Part shown: positions 41,501-52,939 of the stretch, piece after piece
Position numbering within the stretch: the stretch's first letter is position 1
Layout of the letters: each line of letters opens with the position of its first letter
Assembly (NCBI GenBank): GCA_963796275.1
Contig: CAWCKY010000004.1
Span: 1,440,001-1,504,000, forward strand
Direction of reading: 5' to 3'
Length of the DNA stretch: 64,000 nt
Source of the DNA: an uncultured Acidobacteriota bacterium
GTDB lineage: Bacteria; Acidobacteriota; Blastocatellia; RBC074
Notes under the pieces: model-generated
The model's database searches: none
What the model was told of the DNA's origin: nothing
What the model saw: the letters and a program-made list of their open reading frames with translations, nothing else
Made by a program: the position numbers and the translations under genes

Positions 41501-43952
41501 CAAATTCCGGACGGCGAAACTCCTGAATCTGAAACCCATGGATATAATCGCGGCCATAGATGTATCCGTCTCCGCTTTCGGCTTTGAACTCGATCTTCGC
41601 ATATCCGGAATTGGCAGTTGCCGGCACTTTAAAAGAAAAATGGAATCCGCCCAAAGCGTTCACATTCAATGTGCCTTCAGCGATCTCGTTCTCGAGCGAG
41701 TCCTCGATACTGTAAGTAAAATTACGCGCAGCCCCACCCGGCAGCATGACATCACCTGAAGGAGTGAGGCTGATTCGGCGAATCCAGCCCTTGATGTGTA
41801 CATCTTCGCCCGGACGATAGACGCCGCGGTCATCGAAGACATGCCAGCGCAGAAAATCGCCTGTATTTCGTTTGTTCCAGCCAGACACTCCATAATGACC
41901 GTAATACCGGCTGGGATATTCGAGGAGCAGAGCGGCGTCATTACCTTTTCGTGCAACGAGAAATCGATAAAGTTGGCTGAACCCGGCTTCAATCTTAGCT
42001 AACCCGTTGGTAGAGGTCTCCTGATGAGACCTTCCGATCAGCCTTGCGGCCGGAGTCAGATCGCGAAGCTCGAGTTGTACGCCGGCGAGAGGCTTGCCGT
42101 CTTTGAGTGAGGTAGCCCAGGTGAGCAGCTCACTCCTATCTGAAAAGACATCCACGCCGATGCCGGTCGACTGAATCCAGGTGGCAAAGAACTGCTTGCC
42201 GTATATATACTCCGGCATATACATATCAGGTTCGACGAACAATAAGGCGTGGCCCAGACCTTCATTCAACGCAGGCTGAAGATCGATCGGTGTCTCGACG
42301 AACTCGTCCGGCTTCGCGTCGATCTTGATGGTTTCAGAAAATATACGGCGGCCGATCTCCGGAAATGACAATCGTTCCCTATTGCGCTGTTTTTCGTACA
42401 TCGCCTGGATGGCAGCCATTAACTTGCCATAATCTTCGGGCACAACTGCATACAATGCCACTTTCAATCTCTCGTGATTAACGCTGTAGATCGAGATGCG
42501 TTTCTTCGCTGCGGGATCAAGCACGACGAAGCCGTTGCCCGGAACGCTCAATCTGGCCGGCATCGAACCGATCCCGAAATTCAGAGTGGCGTTCTCGCCG
42601 AGCGTCTGGCCGAAGACGTCTTTGATCGAGGCATCGAGCGTGATCCGGTAATTTGTACGGGGTTTCGGATAGCCCTTTATGGTCAGCGTGTCATCGCGTT
42701 CACGACTCACGCTCTGCCCTTCGAGTTTCGGTTCAATCGTAATTTTGTCCGTATCGAAATCCGCGGGTAAATCATTACTAAAGCGCAACGACCAGGGAGA
42801 AAGAGGGGAACAATTCTCTTTTCTATCGGGATACTCGCACACGCCATAGCTAAGATGGAGCGGGCCATAAGTATCGAAATCGAAATTCTGTTCTACCGCG
42901 GTCTTACGTGGCCCCTCGGCTGATGGCGCGCCGGCTTCAACTGAAACAATGAATGAGGTATCGGCCGGAAGAAGCTGATCCGACTTTTCACCGGGATCTT
43001 TGCCTACACGAAAAGCCATCCAGTGATCTTTCACCGCATTCGATGACAACGTGTTCACATCATCATTCGCTTTGATCTCTTCAGCGGTCGCCAACCGGAG
43101 CGGCCATTCATGGTTATTTGAACTCAAAGAGATAAATTTCAGAGCGGCCGCCGGATCGATGCGCTGATCGAATTCAATGAAGATCAGCGGGTCGCGAGGT
43201 TGCTCGTCATCGTCGTCGTCTGGATATCTCGATTTCACTTCGAGCAACGAGGTTGAGAAGGTCCATCGCTTCGTTGAAGAGAGCGTGCCGCCGTTCGTTG
43301 ATTTCGTCCCGGCGGGAATTTCAACCGTGTATTCCGTCGACATCGGAAACCGGCCCTCCGGCTCGAAGAGCAATGTCTTCGTCCCGAGCCAGCGCCATCT
43401 CCCATTCGGTTGCGGCGAGAGTTTGACCGGTACATCTTGAGCCGCCAGATCCGAATATGACGTCACCGGGACAATCGGTTGCGAGAATGTGACACTCAGA
43501 TGCGGCGCAATCGGCACTTCGCCTTCGGGCGCGAACCGCAGGACTTCCAGAGGGCCTGGCGAGACTTGATCCGGCGCAGTCTTCCGATCGGATGGGGGAA
43601 AGTGGTTGATGATCGTCTGTCCCGTGCGCGGCGGAGGGAGAGAGCGATCGCGTAATGCGAACTCTTTCTCGTCAGAGCCTACTGATTTTATCGGCCTCAA
43701 TCGTTTAAGAAGCGATTGAATGGCTATCTCAGTAAGAGGTTTGGTTGGTGCCGTGGCGATCTGCTGTTGCGTCTTCGATTCCGACTCTTTCTTCCCATCG
43801 CTCAGCCGAATAACCAGGCCTTTTTTATCATTGTTATCTTGATTGCTGCCGCCTTGACCGATTGCGCCCGAGAGGTTTGAGACCAGAAAGATGGAGGCGA
43901 ACAACCAGAATAGCACAAACAGCCGAGTCGAGATATTTTGAGAGGAAGGCAT
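37860..43952 (-). CDS. Bacterial alpha-2-macroglobulin (thioester type), copy B, ~2,030 aa, frameshifts near 40850 and 38857
   Basis: ORFs 40800-43952, 38803-40920 and 37860-38861 are consecutive parts: signal peptide, Ig-like domains, FDDRGVYRPGE, EFRRPEFEV, VDEAVLAL, LPDNLTRYRV, thioester YPFECAEQ (CAEQ 39337-39348), YVARATTPG...AEEMYHPE. Confidence 0.9.
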
Positions 43953-44076
43953 AGGCGAAGGTCCTCATTCTTTCTTCAAGTTGACTGCAGGAAATTTGCC
44001 ACTAAAAACACAAAAAAGTGAAAAGGGCACAAAGGGTAGTTCTGCAATCATCCGTGGTTTGCATTATTCGAGCTGA

Positions 44077-44165
44077 AGAATCAGTACCGCGAGCGGTAGC
44101 GAGCGAGCCTTCATCAGTGGCTGATTGATATAATCTCGCTCGCTACCGCTCGCGGTACTGATTCT
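44077..44165. repeat. 31-bp perfect inverted repeat (REP doublet-like) between the two A2M genes
   Basis: AGAATCAGTACCGCGAGCGGTAGCGAGCGAG (44077-44107), 27-nt spacer, exact reverse complement at 44135-44165. Each arm contains an internal TACCGC-GA-GCGGTA hairpin. Confidence 0.9.
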
Positions 44166-44268
44166 CTCTTCTGATCTGTCAAAGAGCCTTCCAAGGTTAA
44201 GGGTAGCGCCAGCTTATTACTCTATTTGTGGTTTTCGTGGTGAATCTTCCTCACGAAGAGGTATTCAG

Positions 44269-44978
44269 GTTCATTCAATCACCACCCGATCAGTCCCGCC
44301 CCGCCCAAAAGTCTCCGGATGATACATCTCTTCGGCCTTCGATGGCGGCACCACGAATACTCCCGGCGTCGTCGCCCGTGCCACATATGAATAATTATGC
44401 ACTCCCTCCCATAGTATCGACGCAAACGCCTCCACCCGCTCGTCCCTCATATTCTGATGCTCGAACCATGGCCGTCTCCACCACCACCAATTCCCCGTAC
44501 TCTGCTCCTTCGGGTCCTGCGCTATCGGCCCCGTCGTCGCCAGCGCCGGGTTCTGCGCTTCCAGCCCCGCCGGCAGCGGATCTACCAGCGCCACGTGATA
44601 TCTCCTCGCCTGCGCCACCATCGTCAGCCTCACTCGCACCTGCGCCCCTGCCTTGATCCGCCACGTCCCGTCCTCCTCCCGCCTCACATCGTTCGCGTTA
44701 TCTATCGCTTCGTATACTCGCGTCACCGTGAATCCGTAGTCCGCCGGCTTCAACTGCAGGCTCTCCGGCGCATACTTCATCCCGATCCGGTAATACATTC
44801 GCCCATCCCCCTCCTTGCTCAATGCCAGGTTCTGCGGCCCTCCCTCTCTCATCAGATAACTCATCGGCACTTCGATCTGATGCCGCTCGGTAGTACGCCC
44901 ACGGAACTCGTGCCCCCCAGCATAGGCCTCTCCCAGCCATGCGCGCGCCACGAAATCCGGCGTGGCTTTTTCATAGAC
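44269..44978. repeat. 710-bp direct repeat, copy 2 (3' end of A2M-A)
   Basis: Same sequence as 37858-38567. Confidence 0.9.
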
Positions 44979-47900
44979 AGCGAAGTACCGGTCGAGTGCC
45001 AGCAGGACGAATGCGTTCTCCTGCGTGTTGCTCCAGCGCCCCTGTTTGCGATGTGCCAGCAGACCGCGGACGATCTTGGGGATGAGGTCGTTCTTCGGAT
45101 CGTCGCCGATCAGGGCTTCCAGGATGATGGCGTCGGCGCGGCGGTCTGAATGGAGGATCAGATGCGCGCCGTCCTTGTACGTGGTCGTGAAGTGAGCCGC
45201 GGCAGCCGTCTCTTCGGCCCGGTTGTCGAAATGGCGGCGGATGGCTGCGACCTCTGCCTGCGAGTTGGCATTCCCGGAGATCACGGGTAAGAGCCAGCCC
45301 AGCGCTTCAAGCGGAAGCTTGTCCGCGCCGCCTGCATCCGCGATCAATCCGCGCGCCTTCCCTGTATCCCGGTCGCCCATTCGATTTCTGACATAGAGCG
45401 AGTACGAGATCAGCACGCGCCGCGTCTCGATGCCATACCAGCTTGGAATGTGCTGCTCGATGTTGCGAATATAATTCTTCGATCTTTCGAGCATCTCTGG
45501 TAGCACATCGAACCCCTTCTCCTTAGCGCGCTGCAGCGTATGAGCAACATGAATGCTAAGGTAGGGCCATGAGTCATTATCACGCTGCCAGAAACCGAAG
45601 CCTCCATCTTCATTCTGCAGCCCGCGCAATCGCTCCATATCGCGTTTGACCGATGCAATCAATTCATCGGCTTTCGGCAACCCCTTGGCATCGAAGGCCG
45701 CGAGCACGTCGCGCAGCGCCGCGATCGCCAGAACTCGCGATGCGATCTGCTCCGCGCATTCGAACGGATAAGTAGTCAGGTAGATCACGGCATCGGTCAA
45801 TGCTTGAAGTTGCGTCGATGAAGTCGCGATTTCGAGCCCGCCGAATTGTTTGATCGCATCCGACGGCGCTTTGACCGGCTGAATGAGCGCGCCGGCGTCG
45901 ATTTCGCCATATGTCGCAAAGGCTTCAGTAGTCGCGGGAGTCCAGACCGGCAAGCTCACTTCTGAAGCGTCCGACCATTTGCCCGATGCGCCGACGACCT
46001 GGAAGCGCGCCGTGCCGGGTTGTGCGGCAGCCGCAGGGAATCGCACCTCGACACGGTCATTTGCGGGCACAGTGACGCGGCGGCCCTGGCCTGACGCCAG
46101 TTGAGCGTTCGACGCGCGCATAGCAAGTTCCACCTGCATCGGCGAATCGGTCTGGTTTTGAACGACAACCGGCAATTCAATCTTATCGCCGAAGTTAAGG
46201 AAGCGTGGCGCGGATGGCCGCACCATCAGCGGCAAACGCGCGGTGATTGAAGATTCGGCCGAACCGAACTGCTTTTCGCCCGCGGCAGCCACGACCATCA
46301 CTCGATAACGCGTCAGGTTGTCGGGCAATTTGACCTTGACGCTAGCGCGGCCGTTGGAATCAGCGGTGATTGTGGGAACAAAGGCAGCGAGCGCATTGAA
46401 GTCGAGGCGGTTGTGAATCGGGACCTCGGATTGCTTTGCACTGTCCGAAAATGCCTCTAATTTTCCGGATAATCTGTCCATTGCTCCCGAATCCGCCCTC
46501 ATTGCCATATTACTCAGAGCCCTCGACTCCAGAGCAAGAGGCTTGGCTACAGCTTGTGCCTCAGCCCTATCACCTCCTCCTGATCCCAATTGGCTGATCA
46601 AATCATCAGCCCTTCCGAGCTGCACTCTGCTCCGCAGATGATGACTCCTCACGATATCACCACGAATAGCGTAAAAAGTATTGAGCGGATCGGCCAGTTT
46701 ATAATTGGTCAAAGCCAGCACTGCTTCATCAACCACTACCAGCGCGACATCGCCGCCGTTCACCGCTTTGCCATCCGCATAGCGCAATTCGACGTCGACG
46801 TAAGTCTCCGCCCCCGGCTCGGTCTCTCTATCTCTCGGAGTGACGGTGACAGCCAGCTTCCGTTTCGCCGGCGGGACCGAAAGATCCAATGTCCCGGACG
46901 CAAATGCCGGCCGTTTCGGCAATTTCGCGTCGGGCTTGCCTTCGCTGTCGGTCCGCGACGACGCTCCAACCAGATCGATCTGCACTTGAAGATTGGGCAC
47001 GAGGTCATCGCTAATCGGAATCTTCAGAGTGTACGAGGCGCTCGACATCGTAAAACGCTCGCTCTTCGCTATACCGGTATGCCGCAGCGTCACCACGCCC
47101 TCGGCGGGAAAGAACGGCGCCTGCACCAGGATCTCCGCCGTCTCGCCCGATCGATAATCTTTGCGGTCCGGTATCAACTCGACCATCTCCTGCGCCAGAT
47201 CGCGTCGCGGTGGCTGCTTGCCGCCCGCCACCCAGACCGTCATCTCGCTCTCATTGCGGCGCTCGCGGTCGTCGATGACGCTGGCGGTGATGCGGTACAC
47301 TCCTCCCTCTTTCGTCTCGAAGCGGCATTTCACCGGATCATTGCCCGATTTGATTATGCAGTCCTGCGGGTCGGTCTCCTGCTGGCGGTATTCGCCCTTC
47401 TCGAAGACCCAATCGATCATCGCCGCGCGCAACCTGATCTCGCGGTTGGCGATCAGCTTGCCGTCCAGATCGCTGACGATCGATTCGACGATGATCGGTT
47501 CGCCCTTCTGCACGAACAAACGCGAGCTGCGAATCCCGACGTACAGTTCCGACGGATGCACCAGCAGATTGATCGAGCCGCCGAAATTCTGGCGATTGAC
47601 ATCCTGCACATTCGCATAAGCCGTGATGTTCGTCGGCCGCGGCGGATCGACCGAATCGAAATCAATCCGCAGGTAATGCTTTCCGGCTGCGTCGGTGCGG
47701 CCGGCGAACTCCTGGGTTTTCGAGTTTCCGTCGACACCGTGGTAACCCCACCACGGTATCCATTTGCCGAAAATGAAGTCGCTGCGATTGGGGGGCGTGT
47801 AATTGGCCGGCGTCGCCGTCACGTTCCAGCGGACCTCGGCATTAGGCAGACCGCCGCCCGCATAATAACTGGCCGCGGCGGTCAGATTGGCGTGGCTGCC

Positions 47901-50400
47901 GATGAAATGCGGCCCCTGGCTTGCGGTCGCCTTCACCTCATACTCGGGCCGGCGAAACTCCTGCACGCGGAAATAATGATAGTGGGCATCACCTTCAACC
48001 GCACCAGCCTCCGTTGCCTTCATCTCCAACAACCCGTAACCCAAATTCATCGTCGGCGGCAATTTGAAAGACATATCGAATCCGCCCAGAGAATTGACTC
48101 GGGCCGAGCCTTTCAGGACCTCGTTGCCGCGAGAATCCTTGAGCGAGTAGCTCACATTCTCCGCACTACCGAACAAACCCACGTCGCCCTTGGGCCCACC
48201 GATTATCCGCCGCAGCCAGCCCTTGAGGTGGACCTCTTCTCCCGGTTTGTACATCCCGCGGTCATCGAAGACGTGCCAGCGCAGTGAATCCCTCAATCCG
48301 CGGTTCACCCATCCGGTTTGAGTGTTCCACCAATCGAAGCTTTCGGGCAGGATAGCCAGGTCTTTACCCTTGCGCGCGATGAGCAGTTTCCGAACATCCG
48401 ACTGCCGACTGCCCCGACTGCCCCGACTGGTTCGGCAATTCCATACGCGCCAGGCCGTCATTTCCGGTCTTCAGGCCGTCTCCTGCGCTGGCGCTCGATT
48501 TTTCGTCGACGATCTTCATCTGCACATCGCCGAGCGGCTTTCCATCCCGGAGCGATGTCGCCCATCCGAGCAGGTTCGTTTGATCGACGAATGCATCGAG
48601 CCCGATATCCGTCGCCTGAATCCATACCTGAATCGAGCGCCGCTCCCACTGAGTCTTAGCCGGCTGCACTGCCTCGACATTCAATATCATCTGGCCGAAA
48701 CCTTCATTCAGTGCCGGTTTCAGGTCGACGGCAGTTTCAGCCAGATCGTCGGGCTTCTCCGCGATGTCGATGACTTTCGAATAAACCAACCGTCCGATCG
48801 CCGGCATCGATCTTTGCCGATTCCCCCGCTGATAGCCGTATTGCATCGCCGTTCGCATAAAATCGTTGAACCGATCCCAATGTTCGGGACCGACCGAATA
48901 AAGGCTGACTCTCACTTGCGAATGATTGATGCTGAAGATAGAGAACCGCGGCGCCGCGAAGGGGTCGAGCACGGCCAACCCCTCGATGGAGGCAGCCAGA
49001 TTGGGCGATGCCGGCCCGACGTCGAAGGTGACTGTTTTGTTCTCGCCGAGCGTCTGGCCGAAGATGTCTCGCAGCGAGGCGTTGAGCGTTACTTTATACG
49101 TTGTGCGTCCCCGGCTTGCGCCCTGAATATTGATCACCTCACCATAATTATTCACCTTCATCCCCGGCAATTCCGGTTCGACGCGAATCTGGCTCTTGTC
49201 GAAGGCTTTCAGATCGAGTGGGTTGTTGAATTGCAATGTCCATGGGAATCCCGGTTCACAACCTCTCTGATAGCCTCCGCGCTCATGCTTGACGATCTGA
49301 AGCGGGCCGTAAGTCCGAAACTCGAAACTCTGTCTGGATGTTGTGACGCGGGATCCTTCGACGGATGGCGCCCCGTTCTTGAGCGTTACGGCGTAATTGG
49401 CGCCGGTCAATAGAGGATTGTTTGCCTCGCCGCCCGTCGCTCGAAGGGCAATCCAACAATCCTTGTTCGCGATGCTCGCCATTTGTCGCGCGTTATCATC
49501 GGTTGCGACCTCTTCCGCGGTCGCCATCCGCAGTTTCGAATCACGATTCGATGTCCTGAGCTGAATGTATTCAAGCAGGTCTTGCGGATCGATGCGCTGA
49601 TCGAACTCGATGAAGATGACCGGGTTGCGAGAATGCGGTGAGCCGACGGGATACTTCGTTTTTATCTGGAGCGGCGGGGTCGAGAATGTCCATCTCTTAG
49701 CGGCAGCGAGCGTCCCGCCGTTTGTCGATTTGGTCCCGGCGGGGATTTCAACCGTGTAATTCGTCGCCATCGGAAACCGGCCTTCCGGTTCAAACAGCAG
49801 GGTCTTCGTCCCGATCCACCGCCATTTGCCCTTCGGCTGCGGCGAGAGTTTGACCGGGACATCGAGCGCGGCCAGGTCCGAATTCGACGTCACCGGGACC
49901 ATCGGTTGCGAGAACGTGATGCTCAGATGCGGCACGATCGGCACTTCGCCTTCGGGCGCGAACCGTGCGATTTCCAGAGGGCCTGAAGAAGCCTGATCGG
50001 GTGCGGTCGCGCGATCAGACGGCGGGAAGGACTCGCTGATTGTCTGACCCGTGCGTGGGGGAGGCAGAGAGCGATCGCGCAATGCGAAATCCTTCTCGTC
50101 ATCGGCTTCCGATTTGATCGGCGGCAATCGCTTGAGCAGGTTCTGCGCGGTTTCGTCGGAGAGAAGCTCGGCTGGCGGCGCGGAGATCTGCGGCCGTTGT
50201 TCGGACTCAGCCTTACCCTCGCTCAGGCGAAATATCAGGCCGTCCTTGTTTCCCGTGTTACCTTGCATTATGCCCCTCTGACCTCGACTGCCGCTCGCGT
50301 CCGAAAGAAGAACGAACGGCAAGACCAAGATGCATAAACAAATCAACAGGAGCGAGCGATCAGCGACAAATTTCAGGCGATACATCGGCAAAAATCTCAC
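44271..50400 (-). CDS. Bacterial alpha-2-macroglobulin (thioester type), copy A, ~2,040 aa, frameshift near 48405
   Basis: ORFs 48364-50400 and 44271-48461 join at a QSG repeat. Same domain order as copy B; thioester YPFECAEQ (CAEQ 45747-45758). Confidence 0.92.
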
Positions 50401-50671
50401 TTTCTATCCAAACAGCCATCCCATCAAATTTCGGTTACGTTTATCATCCATAGACCGAACGCTGAGGGCGGCTATTCTTGCAGCTTACTGAAGTTTTCAG
50501 ATCAATAAGTATATCCGAATCTATCCGGGGGTGGCGTAGCCATCTCGTCTATCTCGATGCGAAGAAACCCGCCATATGTGACGCAGAATTCCTGGCTTTT
50601 GTTCCTTTTCTTTTCTTTAATAGCCGGTTGTTTCCTTGCCTGTCTCGAGCGGCGATGGATATGATACCGAT

Positions 50672-51403
50672 ATGAGCGTTCCGACTGCTGCCATACTTGT
50701 GATCGGCGATGAGATTTTGAGCGGGAAGACCGAAGAACAGAATGCCCACCTGCTCATCGGTGAACTGCGCGAACTGGGAGTCGCGCTGCGCCGCATCGCC
50801 GTCATACCCGATGACATCGAAGAGGTTGCGTCAGCGGTGCGGGAGCTTTCCGCTCGCTTCGATCACGTATTCACATCGGGAGGGGTCGGCCCGACACACG
50901 ACGATGTCACTATAGTCGGCATCGCACGCGCATTCGATAGATCGATCGTTCGCCATCCCGATCTTGAAAGGAGGATCCGGTCCTTCTTCGGAGAAGAGGT
51001 CGATGAATCGCGCCTGAGGATGGCCGACGTGCCGGAAGGCTCCGAATTGATCGATGCGCCCGACCTGCGGTGGCCGATGCTCGCGTGTGCAAATGTCTAC
51101 ATCCTGCCGGGAGTGCCCGAGCATTTCCGCCGCAAATTTATCGCGATCCGCGAACGCTTCCGCGTTGCGCCTTTTTATGCGCGCGCGATCTACACGCTCG
51201 AAGACGAATTCGATCTGGCCGGAAACCTGCGCGCAGTTGCCGATGCTCACCCTCAAGTAGGCATCGGTTCTTATCCAAATTTCTCTTCGAATGACTACCG
51301 CGTCAAACTCACGCTCGAATCGAAAGATTGCGATGCCCTTGAAGCTGCCGCGAAAGAGTTAATGGCGATGCTCGACCGGGATAAATTCGTGCGCAGCGAA
51401 TAG
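50672..51403 (+). CDS. CinA N-terminal-like molybdopterin-binding domain protein (COG1058-type pyrophosphatase family)
   Basis: AAILVIGDEILSGKT, FTSGGVGPTHDDVT, YILPGVP, IGSYP. No C-terminal PncC domain. Confidence 0.88.
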   Translation: MSVPTAAILVIGDEILSGKTEEQNAHLLIGELRELGVALRRIAVIPDDIEEVASAVRELSARFDHVFTSGGVGPTHDDVTIVGIARAFDRSIVRHPDLERRIRSFFGEEVDESRLRMADVPEGSELIDAPDLRWPMLACANVYILPGVPEHFRRKFIAIRERFRVAPFYARAIYTLEDEFDLAGNLRAVADAHPQVGIGSYPNFSSNDYRVKLTLESKDCDALEAAAKELMAMLDRDKFVRSE

Positions 51404-51505
51404 ATTATGCTACAATTCGCGGTTCAATTTCTCAGGTCCATCCTGAACCGGATGGCATCTAAAATGAACTCTTATTTCGAAACGAGTGAAATAAGAAATG
51501 AACGT

Positions 51506-52786
51506 ATGATCCAAACTATCCGAGGAACAAGAGATATACTGCCGGTTGATATGCCGCTCTGGCGCCGCGTCGAAGAGATCGCGCGCGAGGCATTCCGCCG
51601 CTATGGCTTCCGCGAAATACGCACGCCGATCATCGAAAAGACCGAGCTTTTCGCCCGCGGCGTTGGCGAAGCGACGGACATTGTACACAAGGAGATGTAT
51701 ACCTTTATCGATCGCGGACGCGAAGATCGCGAGGGCGAATCGTTAACTCTGCGGCCCGAGAATACGGCCTCCGTAGTGCGCGCATACATACAACACAAAA
51801 TGTTCGCCGACAAATCGCCCGGCGAACTGACGCGGCTCTATTATATGGGGCCGATGTTCCGCCGCGAACGGCCGCAAGCCGGGCGCTACCGCCAGTTCTA
51901 TCAAATCGGCGCCGAAGTCATGGGATCGAGCGACGATCCGGCCATCGAGGCCGAAGTCATCGAGATGCTCGACTGGTATTTGCGGGAGTTGAAGATCACC
52001 AATACCACGCTTTTAATTAATTCAGTCGGCGAACCGGGCATGCGAGCGGAATATCTCGAAGAGTTGCGCAGGGCGATTACCCCTACGCTTGCCCAACTCT
52101 GCGGCGATTGCCGCCACCGCTTCGAAACCAACCCGCTGCGCGTCTTCGATTGCAAGATCGAAAGCTGCCAGCCGGTCATCGCAACTCTGCCGGTCATCAC
52201 CGATTCGCTCGACGATGCCTCGCGCGAGCACTTCCAATGTTTCAAAGCGCATCTCGATGCCAGGGACATCTCCTACACCGTCAACCCGCGAATGGTGCGA
52301 GGGCTGGATTATTACACGCGTACGGCGTTCGAGATCACCGGCAACGACGGCCTCGGCTCCCAGAACACGCTGGTCGGCGGCGGGCGTTATGACGGGCTGT
52401 CGGAGACGCTCGGCGGGCCGCCGGTGAAAGGCTTCGGGTTCGCGTTCGGTCTCGATCGGATGGTGTTGTCATTGTCTGAAGATGAAGCGAAGAGACTGCG
52501 CGTAGAAGAAGCGGTTGATGTCTATATAGTCTTTCTCGGCGAAACAGCCCGAGATCGCTCGTTCATTATCGCGCGCGAGCTGCGAGCGGCCGGTATCGCG
52601 GTATTGCTCGAATTCGAAGAGAGGAAGATCAAGAAGGCGATGACTCAGGCGGCCAAGTCGGGAGCGCGCTTCGCATTGATCGTCGGTGAAGATGAAGTGG
52701 CTCAAGACAGATATGGCCTGAAAAATTTAGCGTCGGGAGAACAGGAATCATTATCTCTGGAGGAGATAATTGACAAGCTTAGATGA
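51506..52786 (+). CDS. hisS: Histidine--tRNA ligase
   Basis: RGTRDILP, KEMYTF, LRPENTASVVRA, FRRERPQAGRYRQF, VRGLDYY, GGGRYDGL. Start MIQTIRG at 51506. Confidence 0.97.
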   Translation: MIQTIRGTRDILPVDMPLWRRVEEIAREAFRRYGFREIRTPIIEKTELFARGVGEATDIVHKEMYTFIDRGREDREGESLTLRPENTASVVRAYIQHKMFADKSPGELTRLYYMGPMFRRERPQAGRYRQFYQIGAEVMGSSDDPAIEAEVIEMLDWYLRELKITNTTLLINSVGEPGMRAEYLEELRRAITPTLAQLCGDCRHRFETNPLRVFDCKIESCQPVIATLPVITDSLDDASREHFQCFKAHLDARDISYTVNPRMVRGLDYYTRTAFEITGNDGLGSQNTLVGGGRYDGLSETLGGPPVKGFGFAFGLDRMVLSLSEDEAKRLRVEEAVDVYIVFLGETARDRSFIIARELRAAGIAVLLEFEERKIKKAMTQAAKSGARFALIVGEDEVAQDRYGLKNLASGEQESLSLEEIIDKLR

Positions 52787-52831
52787 CCTTTTCAGGATGA
52801 GAGATAGCAGATTGAATATCTTGAAAATCGT

Positions 52832-52921
52832 ATCACCAGTCCTCAAAAGGACTGGCCTATTTGCCCTGCGGGAAAGCCCGATGAATCGGGCTTGGGAGTT
52901 ACGAAAAATCTATAGTTTTAG
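52832..52921 (-). repeat. Degenerate inverted copy of the left part of the 37383-37791 element (REP-like hairpin pair)
   Basis: Reverse complement AGCCCGATTCATCGGGCTTTCCCGCAGGGCAAATAGGCCAGTCCTTTTGAGGACTGGTGAT aligns with 37423-37481 AGTCCGGTTCACCGGGCTTCCCGCAAGGCAAGTAGGCCAACCGTTTGACGGCTGGTGAT. Confidence 0.8.
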
Positions 52922-52939
52922 TGAATTCGGTAATAAAGC

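Noticed and set aside
37858-45250. A2M 3' repeats as the template and variable repeats of a diversity-generating retroelement
   Set aside because: Both copies are coding, the mismatches I checked are mostly synonymous and not adenine-specific, and there is no reverse transcriptase in the window.
46590-48287. 565-aa plus-strand ORF and similar long antisense ORFs (12558-13487, 48322-49413, 33017-33796, 54419-55180, 19008-19832)
   Set aside because: These are shadow frames opposite well-supported genes in GC-rich DNA, with no recognisable motifs.
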